Virus record (IMG/VR): IMGVR_UViG_3300034160_000140
DNA: 64,000 nt
Source: a virus
Lineage: Duplodnaviria; Heunggongvirae; Uroviricota; Caudoviricetes
Direction: 5' to 3' (one strand)
Of this stretch, positions 56,839 through 64,000 are shown piece by piece (position 1 is the stretch's first letter; every line of letters begins with the position of its first letter). The translations under genes were made by a program, and so were the position numbers. The notes beneath the pieces are model-generated. The model did no database searches, had not been told where the DNA came from, and saw only the letters and a list, made by a program, of their open reading frames with translations.

Positions 56839-57321
56839 ATGTTTTCACTTATTATCTCGATCATTTCTATTGCTCTTATGGCTGCGTTATCTGTTGCAAC
56901 AATTGCTTATGGATTTTATGCCTATAACAACAATTCTATTTATACAAAAGCAACTTACTTATTAAATACTGCAAACACTATTGCTACTGCTGCTATTTTT
57001 GCGAAAAATGAAGGCGTTTCCATGACTGGCATGAGCGTTGACAATGTGAGTAAACTTAAAGATGCTGCCTATTTAACACACGTTCCTAACTATGAAAGTG
57101 TTGACTTTGTAATTGATGCGGATGAGTCCTTAGTTAAAATACAAGACTCAGCATTACTTTCACTTGATGTTTGTAAACAGATTATTGCTAATTATGACAC
57201 CCTTAAATTTGACACTGTTTCAACTATTCCTGATGACCCTATTGATGGTCGTAAATATGGTTGTCATGTTGGTTCAAGTGGTGCTGGTTATTACACGTTT
57301 TATTATCGTATTGATAAATAA
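56839..57321 (+). CDS. hypothetical protein with N-terminal TM helix
   Basis: AACGGAGAA Shine-Dalgarno site then ATG 56839; preceded by a 190-nt AT-rich spacer. Confidence 0.45.
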   Translation: MFSLIISIISIALMAALSVATIAYGFYAYNNNSIYTKATYLLNTANTIATAAIFAKNEGVSMTGMSVDNVSKLKDAAYLTHVPNYESVDFVIDADESLVKIQDSALLSLDVCKQIIANYDTLKFDTVSTIPDDPIDGRKYGCHVGSSGAGYYTFYYRIDK

Positions 57322-57329
57322 TCAAGTCG

Positions 57330-57362
57330 AAAAAAAAGACTGTTTCAACAGTCTTCTTTTGT
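57330..57362. terminator. bidirectional rho-independent terminator
   Basis: A-run, agactgtttcaacagtct, T-run between convergent genes. Confidence 0.7.
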
Positions 57363-57773
57363 TTATTCGTCCATCTTGTCTTGGGCCATTGAAAGGCGTC
57401 TTCTAAACTCAAGTGGGTCAGCAATATACTTGATAGGGGCATTGCCATGACCAGTCCCTGATACGATAATTGTTCCAAAATTAAACATTCGGCCCATCAA
57501 CCCTTGATTAACTTGAATACTTTCAACTTTTTTCAAGTTTATTTCAACAGTGTCTCTCTGGATAAATCCTTTTTTAGCAATCAATCGTTTATTGGTGACA
57601 GCGAGTTCTGTACACTTTTTCTGAATGTAGACAACCACTAAAATTACAATACCTACAATAACAGGAATAAGTAGTACACCGAAAAAGATCTGCCAAAAGA
57701 AACCCCAGTTACTTAAACTTGCTTCATATTCAATTTTCTCACCGTCCATCAAGTTGTCACTTACATAACTCAT
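57363..57773 (-). CDS. membrane protein with bacterial PH (YdbS/YdbT, DUF304-like) domain
   Basis: N-terminal TM helices then ...AVTNKRLIAKKGFIQRDTVEINLKKVESIQVNQGLMGRMFNFGTIIV, typical of bPH_2; GGAGGAATGCT-ATG on the minus strand. Confidence 0.5.
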   Translation of the reverse strand: MSYVSDNLMDGEKIEYEASLSNWGFFWQIFFGVLLIPVIVGIVILVVVYIQKKCTELAVTNKRLIAKKGFIQRDTVEINLKKVESIQVNQGLMGRMFNFGTIIVSGTGHGNAPIKYIADPLEFRRRLSMAQDKMDE

Positions 57774-57924
57774 AGCATTCCTCCATTGTTCCACATAATA
57801 TATCAAATATTGATATTTTTTCAAGACATATTTTAGATTATTATGTAAGTTTCCATTACAACTTAAAATGCTTGATTAAAAAGCTTGAATTTGATATAAT
57901 TAACCAACATTTAGAGGGCTTTAT

Positions 57925-58194
57925 ATGAAACATATCACTCGCTTTAATTCTGGCTTGATTGCAATTATTTTTGCGTTGCTGGCGATTGTCTTTTTTCAAA
58001 GTGTTCGGTATTCCGCTCATATGGAATATCATGTATCCAAAGATCTTCCGATTTGGTTTCATATCGGGCTTGTGCTGATGTTGGTTTCGATTGTTTTTTC
58101 ATCTCTATTTTGTTTGATCGCTTGGGCATATACACCACACAATAACTTTCAGCCGAAGGCCGAAGAAACAACAGAACTTGACACTGTTGTTTGA
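57925..58194 (+). CDS. small membrane protein
   Basis: TAGAGGG Shine-Dalgarno site; promoter ttgaTATAAT at ~57890; 2 TM helices. Confidence 0.4.
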   Translation: MKHITRFNSGLIAIIFALLAIVFFQSVRYSAHMEYHVSKDLPIWFHIGLVLMLVSIVFSSLFCLIAWAYTPHNNFQPKAEETTELDTVV

Positions 58195-58257
58195 TAAATC
58201 ACTTTACTAAAAATGTGTTTTTTGATAGAATAGCTCATCAACTTAAAATGGAATGAC

Positions 58258-58473
58258 ATGATGAAACTCATTATAAAAATGTTGGCTTTGTTTTTGCTGG
58301 CCTGCTTTTTCATTTTTGCTGGTGTTATGATGTGTGTTCGTGGTCAATTTTCATCCGATATTACATTTTTGATGTTTCTTTTTGGAGCGTTTTCTTTTTT
58401 CATTATGTTTGTTCATTATGATTTGGATAAGCATAGCAAGCCTTATGAAGCAGCCATCAAAAAAAATTATTAA
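58258..58473 (+). CDS. small membrane protein
   Basis: Promoter tgaTAGAAT at ~58225; 2 TM helices. Confidence 0.4.
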   Translation: MMKLIIKMLALFLLACFFIFAGVMMCVRGQFSSDITFLMFLFGAFSFFIMFVHYDLDKHSKPYEAAIKKNY

Positions 58474-58506
58474 TTTAATCGTTCATCACTTCAAAGGATA
58501 AACACA

Positions 58507-58974
58507 ATGAAACGGTTTATTTTCTCTAAAATCACAATTGTTTTTGTTGTCCACATACTGCTTTTAGTTGGCCTTTATTATGGAACCAAATCAATTGCAA
58601 TGGTTCATGATCGGGCAGTAGTTCCTGTTTATCTGGTTGCTGTTAAACCTGATTCTGCAAAAACTTATGATGAAAATGGTTTTTTTATCGGTCAATTTGT
58701 TGGTGAATTTGACTATGAAGGTCACCGATTTGAACAAAATATTTCAATAAGCCAACGATTTGAGTTGATTCAATCGAAAAAGCCTGTTAGACACATGAAA
58801 CTTCTTTCAGCGGCTGAAATAGGTCTTGACACTCCTTTCAATGGGCCGGGAACATATCTTTTTTATATACTTTCGATGGCTACATTCTTCTTAATGTTTT
58901 TGTTTACTGACCTTCCAAAATTTTACAGGGCTAATCAAAAAACTGTTTTTGATGAAAATAAAGCTTGCTCGTAA
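58507..58974 (+). CDS. membrane protein
   Basis: AAAGGATAAACACA-ATG; N- and C-terminal TM helices. Confidence 0.45.
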   Translation: MKRFIFSKITIVFVVHILLLVGLYYGTKSIAMVHDRAVVPVYLVAVKPDSAKTYDENGFFIGQFVGEFDYEGHRFEQNISISQRFELIQSKKPVRHMKLLSAAEIGLDTPFNGPGTYLFYILSMATFFLMFLFTDLPKFYRANQKTVFDENKACS

Positions 58975-59038
58975 ATGTGTTTTTTGATATGATAGACACA
59001 TCAAAACGAGATACCCAATCAAATATCGGAGATACACC

Positions 59039-59551
59039 ATGACCAAAGTTACCGCTCTCGAAACCGCAGTAATCGTGAACATCGTTGCTCTCGGCACTTC
59101 GTCGGTAAATGTTCAAACTATCACTACCGGCCCAGAAGCTGTAAAGCTCTCTCAGGTGAATGCAGTTCTCTTGAACCTGAAAGGCAAAGGTCTGGTTTCC
59201 CGTGATGGCGAAGGTGTTTCGCTGACTGAGGCTGGTGTTGCTCTCCACGCCGAACTGTTCCCGGCTCAGAAAGACCTCGACACCCTGCGTCACGAAAGCA
59301 ACTTGGAACTGAATCGCCCAGCCAAGCCATCTTCGGCCCATGAACTGAAACTCATCAATGAACTGATTGAGCTTCGCACCAAGGCCCGCCGTCTGGCAGC
59401 CGATTTGACTGAACTCGAAACAGAAGTCATGCCACGTAGCTTCTCGGAAGTCATTTTTAGCATGTTCCCAAATGCTGTGAATGTCAAAATGGCTCATATC
59501 GAACCGATTGACCTGACTGGCTACCCAATTGCCGCCGTAGTTGTCGAATAA
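59039..59551 (+). CDS. putative winged-helix DNA-binding protein (paralog of 3282..3680)
   Basis: See 3282; CGGAGATACACC-ATG; terminator 59565-59595. Confidence 0.5.
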   Translation: MTKVTALETAVIVNIVALGTSSVNVQTITTGPEAVKLSQVNAVLLNLKGKGLVSRDGEGVSLTEAGVALHAELFPAQKDLDTLRHESNLELNRPAKPSSAHELKLINELIELRTKARRLAADLTELETEVMPRSFSEVIFSMFPNAVNVKMAHIEPIDLTGYPIAAVVVE

Positions 59552-59649
59552 TAAAAAGAACTTCACTAGAAAGGGGCTTCGGCCCTTTTTGTTTTTATAA
59601 TTAAATCTTTTTTGATACAATGAGTAACTTATATTAATTAGGAGCATTC

Positions 59650-59928
59650 ATGAAAAAGACATTTATTCTTGCACTTGCACTCGCTCTTTCTGTGTCGGCA
59701 GGTTGTAATGCGGAAGAAAAAAGTAACACTAACACACAAAGTAATATTTCAGGAAAAAAGACTAGATCTGTCACTTGTTATTCAGGAAATGCAGTAACTT
59801 ACCAACATGACAATGTTATTTTGGTCGCTGGCATTACTGATACTGACATTTCTGCAAGAATTCAAGAAGCTGATACGGGAATTAACATCCGGGTTCCTGT
59901 TTCGCAATGTTATTTTAAAGATAATTGA
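59650..59928 (+). CDS. small lipoprotein, family of 3
   Basis: Lipobox SVSAG/C; VTCYSGNAVTYQHDNVILVAGI...CYFKDN aligns with 25285 and 25638. Confidence 0.5.
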   Translation: MKKTFILALALALSVSAGCNAEEKSNTNTQSNISGKKTRSVTCYSGNAVTYQHDNVILVAGITDTDISARIQEADTGINIRVPVSQCYFKDN

Positions 59929-60013
59929 GTAAGAGGCTTCGGCCTCTTTTCTTGTTGTCATTAGAACCATTTTTTGATATAATTATCATCCAATCAATGA
60001 GATAGAGTACATC

Positions 60014-60190
60014 ATGAGCTACTTTGAAGAAGACTCCCATCCAGTCACTCGTTTTGCACTTTTTCCACGGATTATTGAAGGCCAATGGATTTGGATGAAA
60101 TCCTTTGTATCTGATCGTGTGCTTGTTCATGGCCGTATGGATGGGTGCAGCACTGACATCTATGAATATCAGAACCATCGCTTGGCCTAA
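60014..60190 (+). CDS. hypothetical small protein (58 aa)
   Basis: GAGATAGAGTACATC-ATG; promoter tgaTATAAT at ~59976; not in the ORF track. Confidence 0.35.
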   Translation: MSYFEEDSHPVTRFALFPRIIEGQWIWMKSFVSDRVLVHGRMDGCSTDIYEYQNHRLA

Positions 60191-60253
60191 ACCAGTTGTG
60201 AAATATCATTTTTAATGATATAATAACCCCATAAAACATTCCGAGGATTTAAA

Positions 60254-60679
60254 ATGAAAGGTTTTGATTTTCACAAAAAAATGCAATTTCTTGAACTGGT
60301 TGTTCGTGATCACTGCAAGTCCATGCATATCTCTTTGGTTTGCTATGTCATGAACCCAAATAAAGACAAAAAAAGCATGGCCGAATTTCATAAGCTTTCG
60401 GCTCTCAATGATGGTTTTGAGCACAGTCTTAAAACTATCTTCCGTAAATATTTCCGTAACCTCGAAGGGAAAACGGGAGTGGATGTTGTTGTCTCGAATG
60501 AAGAATTGAATGCTTTTACCAAAGCCTATAATCTTCAAAAAGACTTAATGAAAAAGGAATTTGAAAACTTGACATTGTTGGGTGCATCCGAAGATGCTCT
60601 TGATCGCCTTGAAGTTGATATTGCTGATTTTGCTGCATTCTATCGTGATTTCATTGAAGAAGTTCAAGATTTCAAGTAA
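60254..60679 (+). CDS. hypothetical protein
   Basis: CGAGGA Shine-Dalgarno site; promoter tgaTATAAT at ~60217; terminator 60695-60722. Confidence 0.5.
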   Translation: MKGFDFHKKMQFLELVVRDHCKSMHISLVCYVMNPNKDKKSMAEFHKLSALNDGFEHSLKTIFRKYFRNLEGKTGVDVVVSNEELNAFTKAYNLQKDLMKKEFENLTLLGASEDALDRLEVDIADFAAFYRDFIEEVQDFK

Positions 60680-60839
60680 CAAATTTTGACTTCACAAAAA
60701 AGAGGCTTCGGCCTCTTTTTTATTATCAATTATCAATAAACTATAAAATGATAAAAAACTGCTTTACATGATGGATCAATTTCGTTATAATTATCCCATC
60801 AAAACGAAACACCACAATCAAACAGTTAGGAGATACACC

Positions 60840-60971
60840 ATGCAAGGTTCTTTCGGTGAAGCCACAGAGCGTTTTCGCGGCAAGCAACAAGACACTTCGA
60901 AATCCAAAGAAAATCGGAAAGAACGTAACTTCCGCGACAAACGTCGCAATCGTCATCAAGACGCCGAATAA
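60840..60971 (+). CDS. small Lys/Arg-rich protein (43 aa), copy 4 of 4
   Basis: MQGSFGEATERFRGKQQDTSKSKENRKERNFRDKRRNRHQDAE; leader cccatcaaaacgaaacaccacaatc; GGAGATACACC Shine-Dalgarno site. Confidence 0.5.
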   Translation: MQGSFGEATERFRGKQQDTSKSKENRKERNFRDKRRNRHQDAE

Positions 60972-60984
60972 CAGATAACAAAAA

Positions 60985-61009
60985 AGCCCTAGCGATAGGG
61001 CTTTTTTTA
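60985..61009. terminator. rho-independent terminator between convergent genes
   Basis: A-run, gccctagcgatagggc, T-run. Confidence 0.7.
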
Positions 61010-61021
61010 TTTCTATTATTT

Positions 61022-61633
61022 TTACATTGGCACTCTACATACAGTCCATATTGACGAGTATCCAGAGTTACTAGTAATAGTTCCTTTTTTATAGGTATAG
61101 GTTCCAACAACTTTTTCAGTTGCTGCATATTCGCCACCACTATACACTAAGGTACCAGCCCATTTTATATTAAGAAGTGCATATGCTGGAGAACCTGCTG
61201 TCCAACTAGAATCAGCAACATTACATTCCTCAACAGTCTTTGTTCCAATAGCTGTTCGGGTAGTTGTTTGATTTTTTAATGTTTGACTCTCATTTTTTAT
61301 AGACCCAACATTTCTATATTCATGACTGACATTGTTTTGCTCTCTTTCCTGCACTGTTCTGGTTTGCTCTTGATTACACCCACTACCAGTTTGAGGAAAG
61401 GATACTCCCATATTTACTGTGTTGGTGTCTGGTGTCCATGCTGTGCATCCTGTTGGAGAACCCACATTGACCCATGAACTCAATAATGGGGCGGAACTTA
61501 ACCATTTACTTACAAAACTAATATTTTCACCATTAATTTGTTTTTCACCGTATATAACTTGGTAATTTGCGTTTGCACTAGCCATTATACCTAATAAAGC
61601 AAATGGCAATATCATTAAACTTGTTTTTTTCAT
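61022..61633 (-). CDS. secreted modular-family protein (one Cys-pair domain), tandem-array member 1
   Basis: Signal peptide ...MASANA/NYQVIYGEKQINGENISFVSKWLSS; WVNVGSPTGCTAWTPD...FPQTGSGCNQEQTRTVQEREQNN; C-terminal ...YKKGTITSNSGYSSIWTVCRVPM. Confidence 0.6.
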   Translation of the reverse strand: MKKTSLMILPFALLGIMASANANYQVIYGEKQINGENISFVSKWLSSAPLLSSWVNVGSPTGCTAWTPDTNTVNMGVSFPQTGSGCNQEQTRTVQEREQNNVSHEYRNVGSIKNESQTLKNQTTTRTAIGTKTVEECNVADSSWTAGSPAYALLNIKWAGTLVYSGGEYAATEKVVGTYTYKKGTITSNSGYSSIWTVCRVPM

Positions 61634-61667
61634 ATCTTACTCATTATTATTATTATTGATTTAAAAT

Positions 61668-62075
61668 TTATATTTTTTCTCTACATATTGTATAGGTATA
61701 ACTACTACCAGAACCACCTACTAGATCACTTCCTCTAGTATATTTGTAACCATCAATAACTTTTTCGGTTGCTAAATAGTCACCATCTACACTTATTTGA
61801 ACACCACCCCATGATAAAGCAAGCACAGCATATGAAGGAGAACCAGCCGTCCAAGACGCAAAATTGGATGGTGTTTCTCTTACACTGCATTCTTTTCCTG
61901 AGCCACTTGGTGGAACAGATGGCCCAGATCCAGAATTAGAATCATTTGTAACAAACTTTATGTTATCACCATTTATTTGTTTTTCACCATAAACAACCAT
62001 GTATGACGCATTCGCCATTGTTGTAATACTTAATAAACCCAATACTGTTATTATTTTTTTTATATTTGCTATCAT
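61668..62075 (-). CDS. secreted modular-family protein (short; Ser/Gly/Pro linker, no Cys-pair domain), array member 2
   Basis: Signal peptide ...TTMANA/SYMVVYGEKQINGDNIKFVTN; C-terminal ...YKYTRGSDLVGGSGSSYTYTICREKI. Confidence 0.55.
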   Translation of the reverse strand: MIANIKKIITVLGLLSITTMANASYMVVYGEKQINGDNIKFVTNDSNSGSGPSVPPSGSGKECSVRETPSNFASWTAGSPSYAVLALSWGGVQISVDGDYLATEKVIDGYKYTRGSDLVGGSGSSYTYTICREKI

Positions 62076-62140
62076 TTTAATCTTCTTTATTTATTGTTAT
62101 TTATATATCGCATTACATTTAGTTAAAATTAGTATACTTT

Positions 62141-62185
62141 TTATTATATTGGAACTCTACAAACGCTATGGAATGTGTAATAACC
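62141..62185. repeat. 45-nt exact repeat (3' end plus 3' flank of a secreted gene), copy A
   Basis: ttattatattggaactctacaaacgctatggaatgtgtaataacc is identical at 62863..62907. Confidence 0.8.
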
Positions 62186-62770
62186 TGCGTTAGCAGTTTG
62201 AGCACCTTTGGTATATTTATATCCATTATACGTGTATTCTGTTAAGTAGATATTGCCACTGTCAGGGAATACTTTTACACCTTCCCACATAACATACATA
62301 ACACCGAATGATGGTGTGCCATTAACCCAGCGTGTATTTTGATCTTTTGAACATTCTTCAATGACCTTTGTTCCGTTTGCAGAACGGGTTAGTGTTTGAT
62401 TAGTTAGCGTTTGATTCTCATTTTTAACAGAACCTAAATTTCTGGACTCTCCACTGACATTATTTTTCTCTCTTTCCTGAACTGTTCTTGTTTGATTTTG
62501 ACTGCATCCAGTAGCTGTTTGATCAAAGGTCACTCCAATATTTTTTGTGCTTACGTCTGGTGTCCATGCTGAACAACCTGTTGGAGAACCTACATTTGTC
62601 CAGTTACCTAACAATGGATCAGAACTTAACCATTTGCTTACAAAACTAATATTGTCACCATTAATTTGTTTTTCACCATAAACTACAGTGTAGGATGGTT
62701 CTTTTGCTTGTGCATTAACTGCCAAACCTAGCAAAGCTAACGATAGTATTTTTATCATTGATTTTTTCAT
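62144..62770 (-). CDS. secreted modular-family protein (one Cys-pair domain), array member 3
   Basis: Signal peptide ...AVNAQA/KEPSYTVVYGEKQINGDNISFVSKWLSS; WTNVGSPTGCSAWTPD...FDQTATGCSQNQTRTVQEREKNN; C-terminal ...YKYTKGAQTANAGYYTFHSVCRVPI. Confidence 0.6.
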   Translation of the reverse strand: MKKSMIKILSLALLGLAVNAQAKEPSYTVVYGEKQINGDNISFVSKWLSSDPLLGNWTNVGSPTGCSAWTPDVSTKNIGVTFDQTATGCSQNQTRTVQEREKNNVSGESRNLGSVKNENQTLTNQTLTRSANGTKVIEECSKDQNTRWVNGTPSFGVMYVMWEGVKVFPDSGNIYLTEYTYNGYKYTKGAQTANAGYYTFHSVCRVPI

Positions 62771-62862
62771 TTAATCTCTCATATCTTATTATTATTGTTA
62801 TTTATATATTATCATGTGTTTTCCTAATTGAAATACTTTAATGCTAATATATTTATTATCAT

Positions 62863-62907
62863 TTATTATATTGGAACTCTACAAACGCTATGGAATGTGT
62901 AATAACC
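62863..62907. repeat. 45-nt exact repeat, copy B
   Basis: Identical to 62141..62185; similarity (~88%) continues through the C-terminal coding half. Confidence 0.8.
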
Positions 62908-63489
62908 ATAGTTAGCAGTTAATGCACCTTTAGTGTATTTATATCCATTATAGGTATATTCTGTTAAGTTAATATTACCAATATCAGGGAATACTTTTAC
63001 ACCTTCCCACATGATATACATCATACTCATTGATGGTGTGCCATTAACCCAACGTGTGTTCATATCTTTTGAACATTCATCCACAACCTTTGTTCCATTT
63101 GCCGAACGGGTTATTGTCTGATTAGTGAGTGTTTGTGATTCATTTATTGGATTGCCAATAGGTCGAAATGCTAACGTATAATTGTTTTGTTCTCTGTTCT
63201 GGACTGTTCTCGATTGTTCTTGTTCGCAGTCACTGGCTGTTTGGTCAAAAGTTATTCCAATTGCCATTGTGCTCGGGTCAGGTGTCCAACCAGAACAACC
63301 AGATGGAGAGCCTACATCAGCCCATGCTGATATTTCTGGTGATGCTTTTATCCACTTGCCTTTTTTGACAAACGTGATGTTGTCTCCATTGATTTGTTTC
63401 TCTCCATATATAGCAGTATATGAAGCATTTGCTGTTAATGCAGTGCTCGCTAAAAGGGCACTTGTTAACATAAGTATTGTCTTTTTCAT
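62866..63489 (-). CDS. secreted modular-family protein (one Cys-pair domain), array member 4
   Basis: Signal peptide ...ALTANA/SYTAIYGEKQINGDNITFVKKGKW; WADVGSPSGCSGWTPD...FDQTASDCEQEQSRTVQNREQNN; C-terminal half (from ECSKD..NTRWVNGTPS to YTFHSVCRVPI) nearly identical to 62144..62770. Confidence 0.6.
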   Translation of the reverse strand: MKKTILMLTSALLASTALTANASYTAIYGEKQINGDNITFVKKGKWIKASPEISAWADVGSPSGCSGWTPDPSTMAIGITFDQTASDCEQEQSRTVQNREQNNYTLAFRPIGNPINESQTLTNQTITRSANGTKVVDECSKDMNTRWVNGTPSMSMMYIMWEGVKVFPDIGNINLTEYTYNGYKYTKGALTANYGYYTFHSVCRVPI

Positions 63490-63781
63490 ACTAATATTAT
63501 TATTATTATCTTACTACAAATTTAACACATTTTAGATAAAATCAAATATAAAAACGCACAATTATAGCTTAATATATAAGGTTTTATATTAAAAACACTT
63601 ATTATGGTTTGATATTGTTTTTTATAAAGTTTTTTATTTAATCAACATTAAAACTATAAAAAATAAAACAACAACACCTCTAAAAATATTTATCAAATTC
63701 TTATAAATTTCATAAAAAGCTTCCATTTCAGAGGTTTTCTTGCTATAATTTGGTTACTTTAGTGAGGTTGGAGCTTTCATC

Positions 63782-63886
63782 ATGTGCGATAAATGCAAAG
63801 TCTGCAAAAAAGACAATAAAGATGACACTAAACAGGTTACTGAAACACCTTCTGGTGATGTGTCTGTTATCGTTAAGTCGAAATAA
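63782..63886 (+). CDS. small Cys-rich peptide (34 aa)
   Basis: GAGGTTGGAGCTTTCATC-ATG; promoter ttgcTATAAT at ~63742; MCDKCKVCKKDNKDD... Confidence 0.3.
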   Translation: MCDKCKVCKKDNKDDTKQVTETPSGDVSVIVKSK

Positions 63887-63897
63887 GGAACTATTCC

Positions 63898-64000
63898 ATG
63901 AACCAGTTAATGCCAGAAGAACCTTCGATTGATTACGCAATGGATCGAATGTCTATTGATGAAGCGATTGCTTATCTGCAGTCCCTGAAAGAACGGTTCA
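63898..64000 (+). CDS. hypothetical protein, 5' fragment (continues beyond the window)
   Basis: AAGGAACTATTCC-ATG; open to the end of the window. Confidence 0.35.
   Translation, partial: MNQLMPEEPSIDYAMDRMSIDEAIAYLQSLKERF

Noticed and set aside
7185-61010. Recurring gcttcggc / UUCG hairpins, considered as a possible CRISPR-like or REP repeat array
   Set aside because: They are irregularly spaced and always sit at gene 3' ends followed by T-runs, so they are intrinsic terminators. Their sequence similarity reflects cassette duplication and the stable UUCG tetraloop, not a spacer-repeat architecture.
1-64000. Alternative reading of the whole window as bacterial chromosome or a genomic island
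   Set aside because: Gene size (median ~120 aa) is far below the bacterial norm. There is a promoter and terminator for every gene, the genes are unidirectional, and the window holds T4-type Rnl1 ligases, HNH homing endonucleases and embedded tRNAs. All of this fits a T4-like phage accessory region much better than host DNA.

Overview
This window looks like a densely packed accessory or early region of a large virulent T4-like (Tevenvirinae-type) phage of a Gram-negative host with moderate-to-low GC, not bacterial chromosome. About 125 short genes (roughly 2 per kb) lie almost all on the + strand. Most have their own sigma70-type extended -10 promoter (T-rich / TGnTATAAT), a Shine-Dalgarno site (often AAGGATAC or GGAGATACA) and a UUCG-type rho-independent terminator, so the region reads as a chain of single-gene cassettes. 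Recognisable genes are few: two tandem, divergent T4 Rnl1-type RNA ligases, a free-standing HNH endonuclease, a zinc-finger HNH-like protein, a Nudix hydrolase, a GNAT acetyltransferase, an SPFH/band-7-like lipoprotein, a bacterial-PH (DUF304-like) membrane protein, and two tRNAs (Leu-UAA and a CAU tRNA, Met or Ile2) driven by a perfect TTGACC-17-TATAAT promoter. The region is heavily paralogous. It holds a modular family of 8 signal-peptide proteins built around a ~80-aa Cys-pair repeat domain, four of them in an AT-rich tandem minus-strand array at 61.0-63.5 kb. It also holds four dispersed copies of a 43-44 aa Lys/Arg-rich protein with a conserved CA-rich leader, a 4-member ~215 aa family, a trio of small lipoproteins, several 2-member families, a conserved ~85-nt structured 5' leader at two unrelated genes, and a tandem duplication that copied terminator, promoter and gene together. 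A few minus-strand islets with their own promoters and bidirectional terminators interrupt the + array. Most products have no function I can recognise from sequence; I interpret the region as a hyperplastic host-takeover / anti-defence / surface-modification arsenal. All homology statements are from memory of family motifs and need database confirmation. Where the ORF track began at an alternative start codon or ran through a promoter, I moved the start to the first ATG with a Shine-Dalgarno site.
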